The notes: generated from the letters alone by a model not told the origin. Counted from the first letter of the stretch, positions 11,946 through 26,745 are shown. The stretch is DNA of 64,000 bases from Eledone cirrhosa (GCA_964016885.1 OZ024743.1:106826001-106890000), one strand, 5' to 3'. Numbers and translations: made by a program.

Positions 11946-14900
11946 GTGGAACACTGGAAGGTAATATCCGTAGTGGTAGAGCACTCAATCCATGGGACGA
12001 GTTAGGTAGAAGTGGTTACACAACAGTTAGTTCACCATACCGAGAACAATTGTTTCAACATAGCGGATCCTCATCTCGTAATGGGCACGGTTATAGGAAG
12101 AGGAAGGACAACCGTACGCGCATGTGCAGAAACCCGGCCACCTCACACAGGCAATACTAGAATGCGTGCGAGAGGTGTAAGGGAGATAACTGCGTAAGTC
12201 AGAACATTTTTAGTTGAAAATAAATTTACAAGGAATCAATCCGGAGCTTTGTAGTTATACAATAGGTGTTTAGCGACGTGTGGACTACGTGTGAAAAATG
12301 CATTTCTCGTGTTTAGGCAATCACTATTGCGTAATCTCTTTAGAATAGTTATTCGTTCGTCAATACATAAGCCACACGTCGGATTTCCCCTTGCGTATGG
12401 CTTGTAATTAGTGATGGCTTTCCATTGGATGGAGTAGTCTATACTTGAGACTTTGAAGGACCATACGTGGCTCGCGAGTTTCGTGGATGAACGTCTTCCC
12501 GGGTACCTGAAGGTAGACTGGTGGTTCAGGAAATGCTCCTTAAATCGGCCCTCCGCCATGCCCACATAGGATTTGACGTGCTGTGGTTCGTTTGGTAGGT
12601 TGGAAGTGAGCACAGCTTCATAAATTACAGCTGGTGTGTTGCATTGCTGTTGAAGGGCGAAAGCTTCGGGCTTACGGCAAGAGCACCCTGGTGGGTTATT
12701 GCTCCTAGGGCTGCTGGTGATGTGGGCCTTCCTGCTCCTAGCGCAGGAGTATCCTAGTTTAACTTCAGCGGTATTTATGACCTATGGGAAAGTGTCTATC
12801 TAAGAGGGCTAGACATTTTTTTCCTACATTGGTTTTAACGTTGAGTGAGAAGGGAGGAGAGAACCAGATAGTTTGTCTATTGTTACGCTTACTTTTCTTA
12901 ATGTGTTGTTGCTAGTGGGAGAGAAGATGATAGTCTGTGAGAAGCCTCTGTTAGCCAACCCCGTGTTATAGTAGTGTGCCGCCCTGTCAAAGATAGCCTT
13001 ATTAGAGGAGAGGTTTGACATTCTAGTACTGATATTCTTAACGAAGTTTCTAAAAACAGTGGGAGGGTGGCATGAGTATTTGTGAATGTAATTGAGTTTC
13101 TCGTTTAGCTTTTGGAAGGGCCTCTGGGTGTGTGTGCGAAGGTCTAAATTAATGTCTAAGAAATCTACCCTAGAGAGGTTGGGGGCTACTCTTATTCTAA
13201 GTCCTAACTCATTGAAGGTTGAAGCTAAGTCTTTTTTAAACCGGTCGAGGTAGTGACCACTTTTATGGCTCGATAAAATCAGTCCATCGTCGCGATATAT
13301 TCCCGTGTGGAAGTCCGGAAATGTAACACGTAATATGTCTAAGATAAATAGGCCAAACAAGTCACATACGTCAGCACTGTCAAACGATCCCATGGAGACG
13401 TGGAATAGGTCTGAAGTTGTAGACTTCTTTGCCCTGGCTACTCCGTCGTTCAAGAGGAGGGTTTTTCGGCAGTGAGCGATGATTTCCCTGTCTAAACCAT
13501 CGACGGTGGTATAAGTGATAGCGAAGTCCAACGCTTTGATTAACTGGGTCTCTGAGATCGACGGGTAAAAATCGACAAGGTCAAACTGTATGAACTTCGC
13601 TTTTGGGGATTTTAAGGAGTTAAACCACTTAATTACGGAGTCGCTGTTCTCCCACTGGGGCAGGTTGGACTTGGTCCTAATGTTCTTAACTATGTTTCTA
13701 AGTATGGCCTTACTGACTAATCCCATATATGTGCGTGTCGGGTTTATTAGTATACATGTGGGGTTAGATGTAAAATCTACTGTGTGATCTTTGAGGGTGA
13801 AGAACGCCTCCCGCTTAGCTAGAAGATGGACTGACTTTATCGAGCCATAAAAGTGGTCACGACCTCTACCGGTTTAAAAAAGACTTAGCTTCTAACTTCA
13901 ATGAGTTAGGACTTAGAATAACAGTAGCTACCAACCTCTCTAGAGTAGATTTCTTAGACATTAATTTAGACCTTCGCACACACACCCACAGACCCTTCCA
14001 TAAGCTAAATGAGAAACTCAATTACATTCACAAGGACTCATGCTACCCTCCCACTGTTTTTAGAAACTTCGGTAAGAATATCAGTACAAGAATCTCAAAC
14101 CTCTCCTCTAATAAGGCTATCTTTCACAGGGCGGCACCCTACTATAACACGGTGTTGGCTAACAGCGGCTTCTCCAAACCTATCACCTACTCTCCCACTA
14201 GCAACAACACCATTAAGAAAAGTAAGCGCAACAATAGACAAACTATCTGGTTCTCTCCTCCCTTCTCACTCAACGTTAAAACCAATGTAGGAAAAAAATG
14301 TCTAGCCCTCTTAAATAGACATTTTCCCATGGGTCATAAATACCGTTCCATCTTTAACCGACAAAGAGTTAAACTAGGATACTCCTGCGTTAGGAACATG
14401 AAGGCTCACATCACCAGCAGCCCTAGGAGCAACAACCCACCAGGGTGCTCTTGCCGTAAGCCCGAAGCTTGCCCACTTCAACAGCAATGCAACACATCAG
14501 CTGTAATTTAAGTAGCTGTGGTCACATCCAACCGACCAAACGAACCACAGCTGGTCAAATCCTATGTGGGCATGGCAGTGGGCCGATTTAAGGAGCGTTT
14601 CCTGAACCACCAGTCTACCTTCAGGTACCCGGGAAGACGTTCATCCACGAAACTCGCGAGCCACGTATGGTCCTTCAAAGACTCAAGTATAGACTACTCC
14701 ATCCAATGGAAAGCCATCACTAAGTCCATGCCATACGCAAGGGGAAATCCGACGTGTCGCTTGTGTATTGACGAACGAATAACTATTCTAAAGAGATTAC
14801 GCAATAGTGTTTGCCTAAACACGAGAGTGAATTTTTCACACGTAGTCCACACGTCGCCAAACACCTATTGAATAACTACAAAGCTCCGGACTGATTCCTT

Positions 14901-15122
14901 GTAAATTTATTTTCAACTAAAGATTTTCGGACTTTCGTAGTTATCTCCCTTACACCTCTCGCACGCATTCTAGTATTGCCTGTGTGAGGTGACCGGGTTT
15001 CTCCGCATGCGCGTACGGTTGTCCTTCCTGTTCCTATAACTATGCCCATTACGAGCTGAGGATCCGCTAAGGTGAAAAAATTGTTCTCGGTATGGTGAAC
15101 TAACTGTTGTGTAACCACTTCT
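11942..15122. mobile_element. Penelope-like element (YRDDGL type, Nematis-like) as inverted pair: minus arm 11942-13824, plus arm 13825-15122
   Basis: RT in ORF 12824-13726 (FIQFDLVDFYPSI, MGSFDSA, GIYRDDGL). Linker CSCRKPEACPLQQQC. GIY-YIG C-terminal half (SYVGMA..FKERFLNH, CxLC..E) in both arms. Flanked by (TA)n. Confidence 0.92.
15052..15089 (+). ncRNA. pLTR hammerhead (mirror copy at 12041-12078, minus)
   Basis: CGAG CTGAGGA T-CC-gctaa-GG-T GAAA (C)AATTG TT CTCG. Each arm has different lesions, but their consensus is an intact core. Confidence 0.7.
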
Positions 15123-15197
15123 ATATATATATATATAAACATATATACAAATATATATATATATAAATATACACACATATATATATATATATATATA

Positions 15198-15392
<195 letters not shown>

Positions 15393-16162
15393 GTATACAT
15401 AAATATATATATATATACATATATTTGCGTTACAAAGTTCTTCAAACAAGGGGGGGGTCACAGGTTTTTTTTTTCATACATCAGTGTTTGAATTTCTTTT
15501 TACTTAAAAAAAAAAGGGCTCACGAAGGCTTTTTTTTAATAAACGTAATTTGATTGGTTATAAATTAGATTTATATATACATAATGTTTAAAGTGTTGCA
15601 ATGACACATTCGAGTTTTTGATATTTTAATATTTTAAGAAGTATTTAAAATGTCTATTTTAAATATTGTAGTTTGTTTTAAATATTTCAAACAACAGTGG
15701 TTGTCTCTTCATTATACATATTTTAGATTGATATATCCGTTTCCCCTCAGTGTGTGTGTGAATGTGTGTGTGTGTGCGTGGGTGTGTGTGTATGTGTGTG
15801 TGAGTGTGAGTGTTTGTGTGAGTGTGTGTGTGAATGTGTTTGTGTGTGAGTATGTGTGTGTGTATGTGTGTGTGTGTGTATGGGTGTGGGTGTGTGTGTG
15901 TGTGTATCAATGACTCTCAAAGTTCTGTTCAATTATTTCTTTCGATGGTCACAGCAATAATTCCATACTATTTTTATGTAAAATACATCATAATGAACAC
16001 CCAACGACGTTTGATTAAAATATTTAAAGCAAACAACAATATTAAGAAAATGCTTAATGTCTAAGATTATCATACACTCGTATATGTCACCTCAAGAGAG
16101 TTCTAAACGTAATTTCTGGAGAAACATTGTCGATTTGTGGATGCACAGTATTATTTTATTTG

Positions 16163-16218
<56 letters not shown>

Positions 16219-16354
16219 CAAATAACGAAACGAAATTAAATTTCGTTTCGTTTGTAACTCACTTTTGTATGACTGACGCTTAAACAATTGTGTATTCATA
16301 TACACACTAGTATTTCAGTATGCATATGTAGATGTACATTTTTAACTTAATTGT

Positions 16355-16434
<80 letters not shown>

Positions 16435-16586
16435 TGAACGAGTGAATAATAAGGAAACCTCATGTTGAGTCAAACAACGCCGTACGCTAAAACTATCCAT
16501 AATACGGAGTATTCACAACTTCTAACTGGATAACCTATAACGATAATTTTTCATCCCATATATATATATAAATACACATTTATATA

Positions 16587-16648
<62 letters not shown>

Positions 16649-16671
16649 ATGTATATATATATATGTGTATG

Positions 16672-16715
<44 letters not shown>

Positions 16716-16937
16716 GGGTGGGGTTGGATTATGTGTGTCTTTTGCCTTAATATGAGTTTTCATTTACCTTTACATAAGCAAAATTGACAGGTAACTTTTC
16801 ATATATCTAATTTTCCCTATTCCTCAACTGTGATAACAGTATATGCTATTACATTCTCTGTAGCTATAGCTGTATATACTGTTACCCCTATGAGTCTCAT
16901 TGTTTCTTGAACGTACATATTACTCATTTATATATAT

Positions 16938-17435
16938 ACATAATTCAAGAAAGAAGAGTGACATGGTTGGCTATACAATAAGGGCTTTATTCACATTGCT
17001 GACAATTGTTTCTTTGATCTGGTTGGTCTAGAGTTCGCTAATCGCTTGATTTTGCGTCAATCGATCTCCAATACTTTGTTTATAACCAGTCGTTTCATCA
17101 GAGCGTGCGATGACATGAGTGGTTATAAAAAAAGTATTGGCGTTCGATTGACAAAAAATCAAGCGATTAGCGAACTCTAGACCTACCAGATCAAAGAAAC
17201 AATTAGCAATGTGAATAAAGCCCTTATTGTATAGCCAACCATGTTACTCTTCTTTCTTGAATTATTATTACTCCAAGTATAAACTACATAGACATCACCG
17301 TGAACTCGCAACATCACTATGGAAACGTCTTATTGAGTTAAACTAAGCCATACGTTAATACCATCCACAACAGGGAGTACTCTAACTGGACTACATCTAA
17401 GTGGACTGCCTATAACAATAACCTGTTATCCCATA
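16938..17435. mobile_element. Inverted (palindromic) pLTR insertion
   Basis: Arms ~16940-17090 and ~17118-17266; the right arm extends ~170 bp further. Minus-strand HHR with a long stem II insert (CTGATGA at 17095-17101; GAAACAATTGTC at 17001-17012). Same family as 50875-51428. Confidence 0.8.
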
Positions 17436-18912
17436 TATATACAGCATTATTATTAAAGGACTTTAACATCTGAAACTGCTTCGCTTTTTCTCATTCGATA
17501 TATACTCCGTCACTCCTATCTGGAATAAGTACGTTGAGTGTTTGAATTGAATTGCAGCAATGTTTACCTTAAGCATTTAGCTCCAAAATGTTGAGCCCTC
17601 CATGATGTATCCGATATAGTGGAGGAGAGAGGACCAGCTACCAGCTACACCCGGAAATTCCCTCTACCATGGGGATGGAAAGCACTGATATTGGACGGAC
17701 ATAATATTATAAACTAACTTTCGACAGGATAAATACGCGGAAACAAAAACAACGATAAACCCCTACTTTCCTGCAGCAAATTGCATTTGAACAGAAGCCC
17801 TCTCAATTCAATCTATATATGGACAAATTGACAATCATATTAACCATGTATCTCCTATCTCATTTTGCAAATATGTACTGTATGTATTTTTTTGTATTTT
17901 GGGGGCACTATTTTTTGTGTGTGTGTGTGGGGGGAGGGTTATATATTTTGTGTTTTTTACTTTATTTTATATCTATGTTTTTTGGGGGTATTGTTCCATG
18001 TGATAGAAATACTAACTATGTATCCGCCTAACTACTACCTTTCATACTGTAATTTACCATCCGTTCTACCGTACGATACTATCGTTCAGTATGTAGATAA
18101 TATATCTGTAACATTGATGCCCCTTTCAAAAGTTCTTCCTTAAACATCTCCCTACTTATTAGTTAGTATATGTGCATATATTTTTTACTCACTTCAATCT
18201 AGAATCTCACTTTCAAATTTTTTTAAATTTTGATTTCCGATTTTTGATTTTTAATTTTTAGTTTTGATTTCCAACTCTCATTCATAATCTTCACTGTGAA
18301 ACCATAATACCTAGAATTAAGTATATTTTTTGTCTTAGAGGTTGATGGTCAATTCTACTGTCCATGCTTAATTTAAGGTATATTGAGACCTATTGATACT
18401 CATACCCTCCCAACCCCACCAGCTTTCGGCTGGCTGCCACTGACGGGGTGGCTAGGAGTAAGCTATATATTACAGACCTTGAATAGGGTCATTGTTTGGT
18501 TGAGAAGGGGAACTGCCTAGGCGAATTTCGTATAACTCTGCGGTAGTTGATGGTCAACTTCCTTCGGACCTGCGCCTGCGCAGACCGGTGGGGGTGAATT
18601 GGTACTTCACAAGGGAGCGGACGAAGAACCCAAAAGCACACGCTTCGTCCGTTCCCATGTCGATTCAAATTGGATTGCCACGGAAACATAACCTTATTAT
18701 GTAACAAGCTGTCTGGCTATGTCGCGGCACTGGCGCCATTGAAATATGTATCACAAAATTATTATTAAAGGACTTTAACATCTGAAACTAATTTGCTTTT
18801 TCTAATTCTATACATATTATATATATATATATATATATATATACATAAACAATATATAGAGAAACACACAGATACATGCTTACAGACGTGTTTTGAAACC
18901 CTTAATGAGGTA

Positions 18913-19002
18913 TCCTCTTGATAAGTCGGCAGACCTCACAAAAATTATATATCTCTGTGATGTAGTGTTTTTGCATATGCCACGAAACTACGTAGTCGAG
19001 GA
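18913..19002 (+). ncRNA. Hammerhead ribozyme with UUGAUAA (U3-A8) core variant
   Basis: TCCTC TTGATAA GT-c-GGCA...TGCC-AC GAAAC TACGTA GTC GAGGA. Confidence 0.75.
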
Positions 19003-19145
19003 AATTAGAAGCAGTTTAGGTATGATATATCTTATTACTAATTATATCTAATGTTTCTTCTCTCTTCATAATGTATATATACATATATATATATACATAT
19101 ATATATATACATATATGGATTTTAGTCTTCAAATTGTATTATTAT

Positions 19146-19192
<47 letters not shown>

Positions 19193-19238
19193 TATTATAT
19201 ATATACATATATATATATGTATATATATGTGCATATAT

Positions 19239-19273
<35 letters not shown>

Positions 19274-22040
19274 CACTGTTTGTATCTCTAAATTTACATG
19301 GTTTACATTGTTTTCCGACACATGTCTACACAAACACATCAGCAACTATATAAATATGCCTTCACAGAGAGATCTTTATACATTTTGTTCACTTATCCTT
19401 GCGTTACATTTCGCTCGTCCTACTCTCTTTCTTTCTCTATTTTTCTACATATTGCTATTTATATTTGTCATATTCTCTATCTATAATCTTGTTTCTTACA
19501 TACACCTGAGCCGTAAGCAATATCTGCAACTAACTATCTCTTGAAACAGCAACAGATGCAGCGAGTGTGAGATCTAAATATCTGATATACCTATTCTGAT
19601 TTCATTAACAACATTCCCCGTTAAAGATTTCGCGTAGGTCAATGAGTGTGAGTATATAGATTTAGTTTGGTTTTACGCTCACTATGCTCAAGGGCATGTT
19701 ATTGATTGATATATTTTCATGACCTAAATATATATCATTAGGTCAAATATATTTGACTGACACAAACAATTGACCACAGTTTGTAATATTCAATTTTCTC
19801 ACTGTACATTCCGAAAAATGCGGTGAATTTTCAGAGCTGATATATTGTTGGATAAACCTGCCTCTGCAATTTACAGTTATACTTTCAAGGTCGATAAATT
19901 CTCTATGAACACCTTGATCGATTCTAACTCTTTCCCTACGACGGCACACATACGTCTCCATGATGTGTGTGCTTACATTTTCACTACGGTGCTGGAATGT
20001 CACCATGAAGATTTACGGGTCCCTATATATTCATATGTCAGAAATAAAAATCAACAGCACAATATACGTACTATCAGTGAATCAATCAGTAACCATATAC
20101 TAATAAAGGCTGCTGACAAAATTCAGATGTAGGAATTAGGTTTGCGTTTGGATTAATTCTCTGATAGCTGCAATATAAATAACGAAATCAATATAAATGC
20201 CACTGTGTACTATTGGCACTATTTTCATTTTTTGTTGCCTAAAATATCTGGAAATATTTTCTGATTATTAATTCTTATATTTGTTTGTTAATTTGTAAGC
20301 TCAAACTAATTTATTTTCTACTTTAGGCAAAAGAATGGCAAATTTGTTAGAAGGGTAAAGTTGATTCAATCAAACCCAGTAATTGCCAGGTACTTTATTT
20401 TATGCTATGCTGATAATAATAAGTATCAATGTAGTAAATAAGTATATACATATACACGAGGTCGGAAACAAATAGAATCAAACTTCCTCTGTCGGTGTCT
20501 CCGACATGCCCACTCTCCCCATCTCTTACTATTATAAGAAAATCGAGGCCCACGCACTGGCTGCCCCATGGCCTCGCCAGTGAGAGAATTGTGCTGGAAG
20601 AGGCATTCTAGGTCACGAGGATGAATATTGTCTATACACTTCAGTATATTGCACTAGAATTTCTCGTATTTTTTTAATTTTATTTGTGCAAATGAAAGAT
20701 ATGAATAGTTTATGTATTTATTGATTTAAGGATTCAGTATTCTGCAGCGTATAACATTTATTTTTTAATAAAATATTATAGCATTTATCCTGGAGTATAT
20801 TTCAATTATGTCTAACTAGATCATTTGACTCTGAAGAAAATTACGTGTAGCCAGAGTTTTAGGAAATAACTGTAATAGATTTTAGAAATGATGTCCATTA
20901 CTGAAATTATTTGACAAAAATACTAACCAGTGACATTTTCCTTCAACACAAGTTGAGTAAATATAAACACAGATGTACAGAAATGTTATATTTGAAAGCA
21001 AGAGAGAGGAGAATCTGAGCCGGTATTTACATCAAATTATCAGTAAATTGGAGTTAAATTGTTGATACACAGCTCGTCTACATATACGAGGGTCAACTAT
21101 AGTTGAAGTCAGATATACCTCATAAACATGGGTAAATTAGCAAATTGAGCGTGAAATATATCTAAGAAAGAATGAATCTGGATACTCCTGACTGGAATAC
21201 CTTTGATCACAGATCTACCTGATTAAAATCTGTTACAAATTTTTGAATGTCGATCATGAAGACGGCACGCAATGAGAGTATTTTATCTTCGTCTGTCTGA
21301 TTTCCAATATCTATTGCAATTGATTGCATCATGTCACTACTTCATGAGCTTGGGTATATAATACTTAATTGATTAATTAATATACATTATTGATTTAATA
21401 TCCTACGTTGTGGAGAGCGTGTGAGCATTGTCTGGTTTTTGTGAGAGCTGAAATATAATTCGATTCGTATAAAGCATATAAGAATGGATTTTTTATTCGT
21501 TTGCATGTAAAGTGAGATTTCCAAATAAGTTTAATATTAACCAATGCAAAGGCAGTCTGGTAGCAAGGATTGCAATGCGCTGGAGGAAATAAATGTCTTG
21601 TCTTACAGTATTTAGCTTTGCTCTAAACCTGCCAAGCTTGAATATATATTTCATCTCTCTAGGGTCTATTAATAATGCACCACATACAGAATGTGGTAAA
21701 TTCAATCAACTAAGTCACTATCCTAACAATAGCCTACAGTCTCATGTCAAATTCAGAAATCAATACTCACAAATACTCCAGACATTTGCCAGACATGCAA
21801 CTATCCATCAATATGCAGATTCCCTTAAGGCGTTGATTAAATAACAATGAATAAATGGCTGAAATACAGGTTTAGCAGATACAGCTTTTGTTTCTTACAT
21901 TCCAAGAATGATTACATTTTTGTGCAATTTCGTTAGTTTAATTGAAATTAATACGGTTTTACATGTTCACTTGTACAAACTTCAATGTCATACTCGATTG
22001 TTGAAATGTTAAGATTAATCTGAGTATTTAACTTGTTGCA

Positions 22041-22134
<94 letters not shown>

Positions 22135-25100
22135 ATTAATATTTACCATTTGCCATTTTGAGATGTATATATATTTAAACATGATTGCGATTGCAAGGTC
22201 CTCCATTTAGTCCCTATTTACACTAACCTCAGTTCAACCAATATATTGTGAGTGGAACGCTATAGACAGGGACTCCGTAGAAGCTCGTGAGATCCATTCT
22301 TGCCATTCACTGACTGGACACGTCTGTGGGATTCACTATGAGGATATTTCAATAAAAAATATAAAGGCGCATTTGATAATTCAAAATTTACATTATGCGT
22401 TGATTGGTCTCTTCCTTTGTACATTCAACTATATAAATATATATGATATCGTTATTCAATTTAGCGAACTGCCTAGAATCCACTGTCATTTCATGGTTTA
22501 AGGAAGAATATATATATATTTCTCTTTTATTCAAAGGAAAAAGCTGTTATGTATATAAAGCAAAGCAATAACAGTTAAGTGCAAAATATATTACTACTGA
22601 ATCTTGATTTCGAATGTATTACATACCACCTAACATATGAGATGCTGCTTCTGTGTGTGTGTGGTGTGTATCAGTGTTTGTGTTTTCTCTATATTATAAA
22701 AGTTATGTCTGCTTTGAAGATATACAACTGTTTCATTCGTTCAGTGTACATTTGTATTCATCTCTGACACTAAAATAGTATATTATAAATATCTCTTACA
22801 TTAAATTCGCCCCTCATGATGTTTGAAACTGTGCGAATCCCAAAGCAATCGCTTGTTGTTTTACTATTAATCTAATGAGTCAGTGACTGTTTAGTTTAAA
22901 GGCAAATCACTTGGCTGAAAATCGAAAGATACAGATTTCGATTCAACGTATCGGTGACTGGCCATTGTTTCCCTGCCTCTTAGGCTTATTAATCAATTTT
23001 ATAAGACATTATTTATAGCAATAGACTTCGGATACAGCTATCGTCTGCGTTTATGAATCCTATATTTTCTAAAATTTCAAATCACACAAAGATCCAACAC
23101 TACAACGGCTGTCAGAATAGTTTCGTATATTATAATTTTCTGTATGTCCCTGCATATTTACACTCACCTTAATATAATACAATAAAAACATTTTCTACAA
23201 CATAACTATACTTCTCAGCCGCACTCACTACTAATATATTTCTCCGTGTATAATTCACTTATTTCCTCTTACCATTTCTGCGTAATAATTTTCGCTATTG
23301 GTTAGCTCCCTTCACTTCCTACTCTTTTCTATTACCCTATATCTTTCTTAGAAATATGGCGTATTTACGCATACATGTAATGTAAATATATTTCTACAAT
23401 TAAATCTTCTTCCATTATCTACGTTATAGGTTATACATTTATCTTCCTCTCCACCAATTCACGTTACACACGCTCTCTCTCCCAGTTTATTTATCTCTAT
23501 CAACCTCTCATCTACTGTTCAACACATACATCCTCACTCTCTCTCTTTCAGTTTGCAATTTATTTACTCCACTCTTTGATACTCTCCCCTTCTTGCTCTC
23601 TTTTTCATTAAATTATTCCCCAAAACTTAGATAACTAAAATCCAGAAATTGCTTATGTTAAACATGGATACTTTGTCTCCTCGATACGATTCCCCATTTA
23701 TGAACTAACAATCACTGTGTAAACAGTGTGCTTCTTAAATATTGGTGGGGTGTGGGCGGGAGTTACAGAAAAGGAAGGAAGAAAAGAAGGAAGAAAGAAA
23801 GAAAGAAAGAAAGAAAGGAAGAAAGAAAGAAAGAAAAAGGGAAAGAAAGAAAGGAAAGCGCTACATCATTTATCTTTAATTACCTCGACCAAAGATTTGA
23901 TCAGGTGATAGTAATGTTAGATTTCTCGTCGAAACATAAATCAATAGGTATACATATGAAATAAGCTCTACTACTTAAAGTAATTACTTCCAATCTCTAA
24001 AAGCATAGCTGCATTATTAGTCGTTCCTGTTCTTCCAGAAACTACGTTTGATTATGCAATGTAAGTATACAAACACCACACCTAAAGAGGGAATAAATCT
24101 CCAAATAAAATAAGGTGAACGTAATCATCTAGCCGTGTTTGCTCTTCTTTAAATGATATTTTACATTGTTGATTTAACTATGAAATCATTGTAAGAATAC
24201 AAAGCTTTTAGCAAACAGGATGCTTGTATGGGTTTTGTTTGTTGTTGCTTATTTATTTGTTTGCATTTATATGTTATTCTTGTTTCTCTTCTTTACCATC
24301 ACCGTATTTTTCTGATGCTGTCGGCCATGTTCGTTGCTATTGTTGTTTCTGTCAATTACCACTAAGTTTGTAATTGTTGACATGGTTGCCTCATTTGTTC
24401 AAAATCACCGTTGTTGTTGAAATATTTTGCTAAGTGTATTGTTGCTTTTGCTATTGCTTTTGTTGTTTACTGTTATTGATATGATTGCTACATGTTTAAA
24501 GCATTCATATTGTTGTTTATATTGATGTTACTTTTACTACGATGTTTGCTGAATTGTGCTACTGCTATTAAATTTCGCTTTAAGGAGTGATACAAAACGT
24601 TGGACTTTTCTGTGACCGGGAACCTTTTTCCAAAGCTCTTACCCTGTTAATAGTTTCGCAAAATTATGGCCATGAAAAATCTCCTATAATATTATACTAG
24701 AATCATACGTTTTTATTATTTATTCAGTTTAAATTCTACCACAATTTTCCTTTTATATTCACATCTACTTTCATACGATTTTTTTCAGCACTCTCTGTAA
24801 GTAAAGGTGTAGTTTTTTTCTGGAAACTGTAGAATCTCCTGATATAGTCCTTCTAGAAATATTATGCTGCATGGCTATATTCACGATCTATATTCTTTCA
24901 CAAATCATGACGTAAAGTATGACACGTACCAATTGCGTTGTTGGTAATCTTTCAAATATGTCGCCTACTGGTGACTCTAGAAAGGGTGATGCCATTTTCG
25001 TTTGTATCTCTTGTATTCAAAATTTCCTTAACGAATAATTCCATTTACCAATTAAATATATTGTAACACTCGTAAATTATTACATAATTTACATGTTTTC

Positions 25101-25667
25101 AATTGTTATATGTACATTGTTCACTCAATAAGCTTCGGGAAATGGGGTATTGATATTTCATTGAAGTGACAAGTGTCGATCGTGATACTAAGATTATACG
25201 TTTAACAATGTACTACAGAGGAAATAAATAACGAACAATAGTGATGCAGAGTGGAGTACCCACGTGAATTGCGACAAGTAGGAGTATAAAGAGACTAAAA
25301 TAAATCGAATTCAAGTAATTGTTAAACAGAGGCAAATGGTTTATCCATGGTGGGCTGTAAGTATGTAAGAACACACACTCACTTGATAGGTATACACACA
25401 TACACACACACAAACATATACATATTTCAGTGTGTGTGCGTGCGTGTATGACTGTGCTATGAGGTAATTTTGAAAATATGATATACGATTCCTCATACTT
25501 CATACAAAAACTTCGTTGCACATAATTCTGCGTGGCGATGTGACAATCCGGAACATATACAAAAGTTTTGAGTGTTAACACCGGCGTACCTAAGTGTTAA
25601 TAGATCGACATTTGTGAAACAATCTCTAATTAACGAACATGAACAGACAATATATATATATATATAT

Positions 25668-25880
25668 ATTTATTAAAATAACAGATTAAAGTTTAAGCAA
25701 AGAATCGCTGCTTTCACCCTTAACGGGAACTTCTGAAACTAACAAAGTCAATCTGTAAACACAGAACTGGATATTTCAAAAAACGTTGCAACCGGAGGAA
25801 GACAGGAAGACGATACTTTGGTTCGTGGAAACGTTCGCTGGCAAAGAACGGGAAAAAACGAATATAATACGTCATTAATA

Positions 25881-25910
<30 letters not shown>
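25668..25910 (-). mobile_element. Fragment of the 42830-43398 pLTR-like family
   Basis: Reverse complement of ~43098-43308, followed by an (ATT)n-ACTA tail and (TA)n. Confidence 0.75.
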
Positions 25911-25911
<1 letters not shown>

Positions 25912-26054
25912 ATATATATATATATTTATATATGCTTCCAGTTCAGTTCTTTAGAGGACTAATAACAGACCCACGAGCTGGGCATATCAATTAATTATCA
26001 CGGTAAAATCCATTGCATCATCATGTTTTCCTGTTTTATTTGTTTAAATTCTTA

Positions 26055-26111
26055 CTGTCTGATGAGGTCATAGCTGTTGAATAATGGCTATCACTGAAAT
26101 ATATATAACAG
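26055..26111 (+). ncRNA. Hammerhead ribozyme in a solo pLTR (~25935-26240)
   Basis: CTGT CTGATGA GGT-c-ATAGCT...GGCTAT-c-ACT GAAA TATATATA ACAG. Confidence 0.7.
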
Positions 26112-26233
26112 CGAATATGGATAAATGAAGATAATTTTACCCTGTTGACTTACACATTTAGTTTTACACACCAACCTGCGCAATTCGTTGAGTGGTTCCA
26201 GCCTGCATACTCAAGTGTCAATAAACAACCAAA

Positions 26234-26291
<58 letters not shown>

Positions 26292-26295
<4 letters not shown>

Positions 26296-26540
26296 TGTTT
26301 ACAAACTCACCGAGCATTATAATAAATGTTCGGTGAATCCATAGGTACATATATATATGTGTGTGCATGTGTGTATACATATATACATACTACTGTACGT
26401 CTGTATACATATATGTATGTACGTATACATACTTATATTTAAGTAACAGCCGTACTAATAGTGGGAAATGAAATGTTTCCGTTTATATATATATATATAT
26501 ATAAACGGAAACATTTCATTTCCCACTCTTAAGAAGGGTT

Positions 26541-26599
<59 letters not shown>

Positions 26600-26745
26600 G
26601 GAAACATTTCATTTCCCACTCTGAAGAAGGGCTTATGCCCGAAACGTCGTCCCCCACCTACCCACCACTCTCCTGAGCGTGAATTTAATAAACATTTATC
26701 GTACTGCCTCTCTGTTCTGTCCCTGTTCAATTTTTCATTATATAT
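26292..26745. mobile_element. Permuted fragment of the 422-bp retrozyme plus inverted ends, fused to a different HHR-bearing pLTR end
   Basis: 26292-26484 matches 11613-11760 followed by 10907-10972. Inverted copies at ~26503 and ~26596. HHR core CTGAAGA-AGGGC-ttat-GCCC-GAAACGTCGTC at 26621-26651. The tail matches 47517-47595. Confidence 0.7.
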
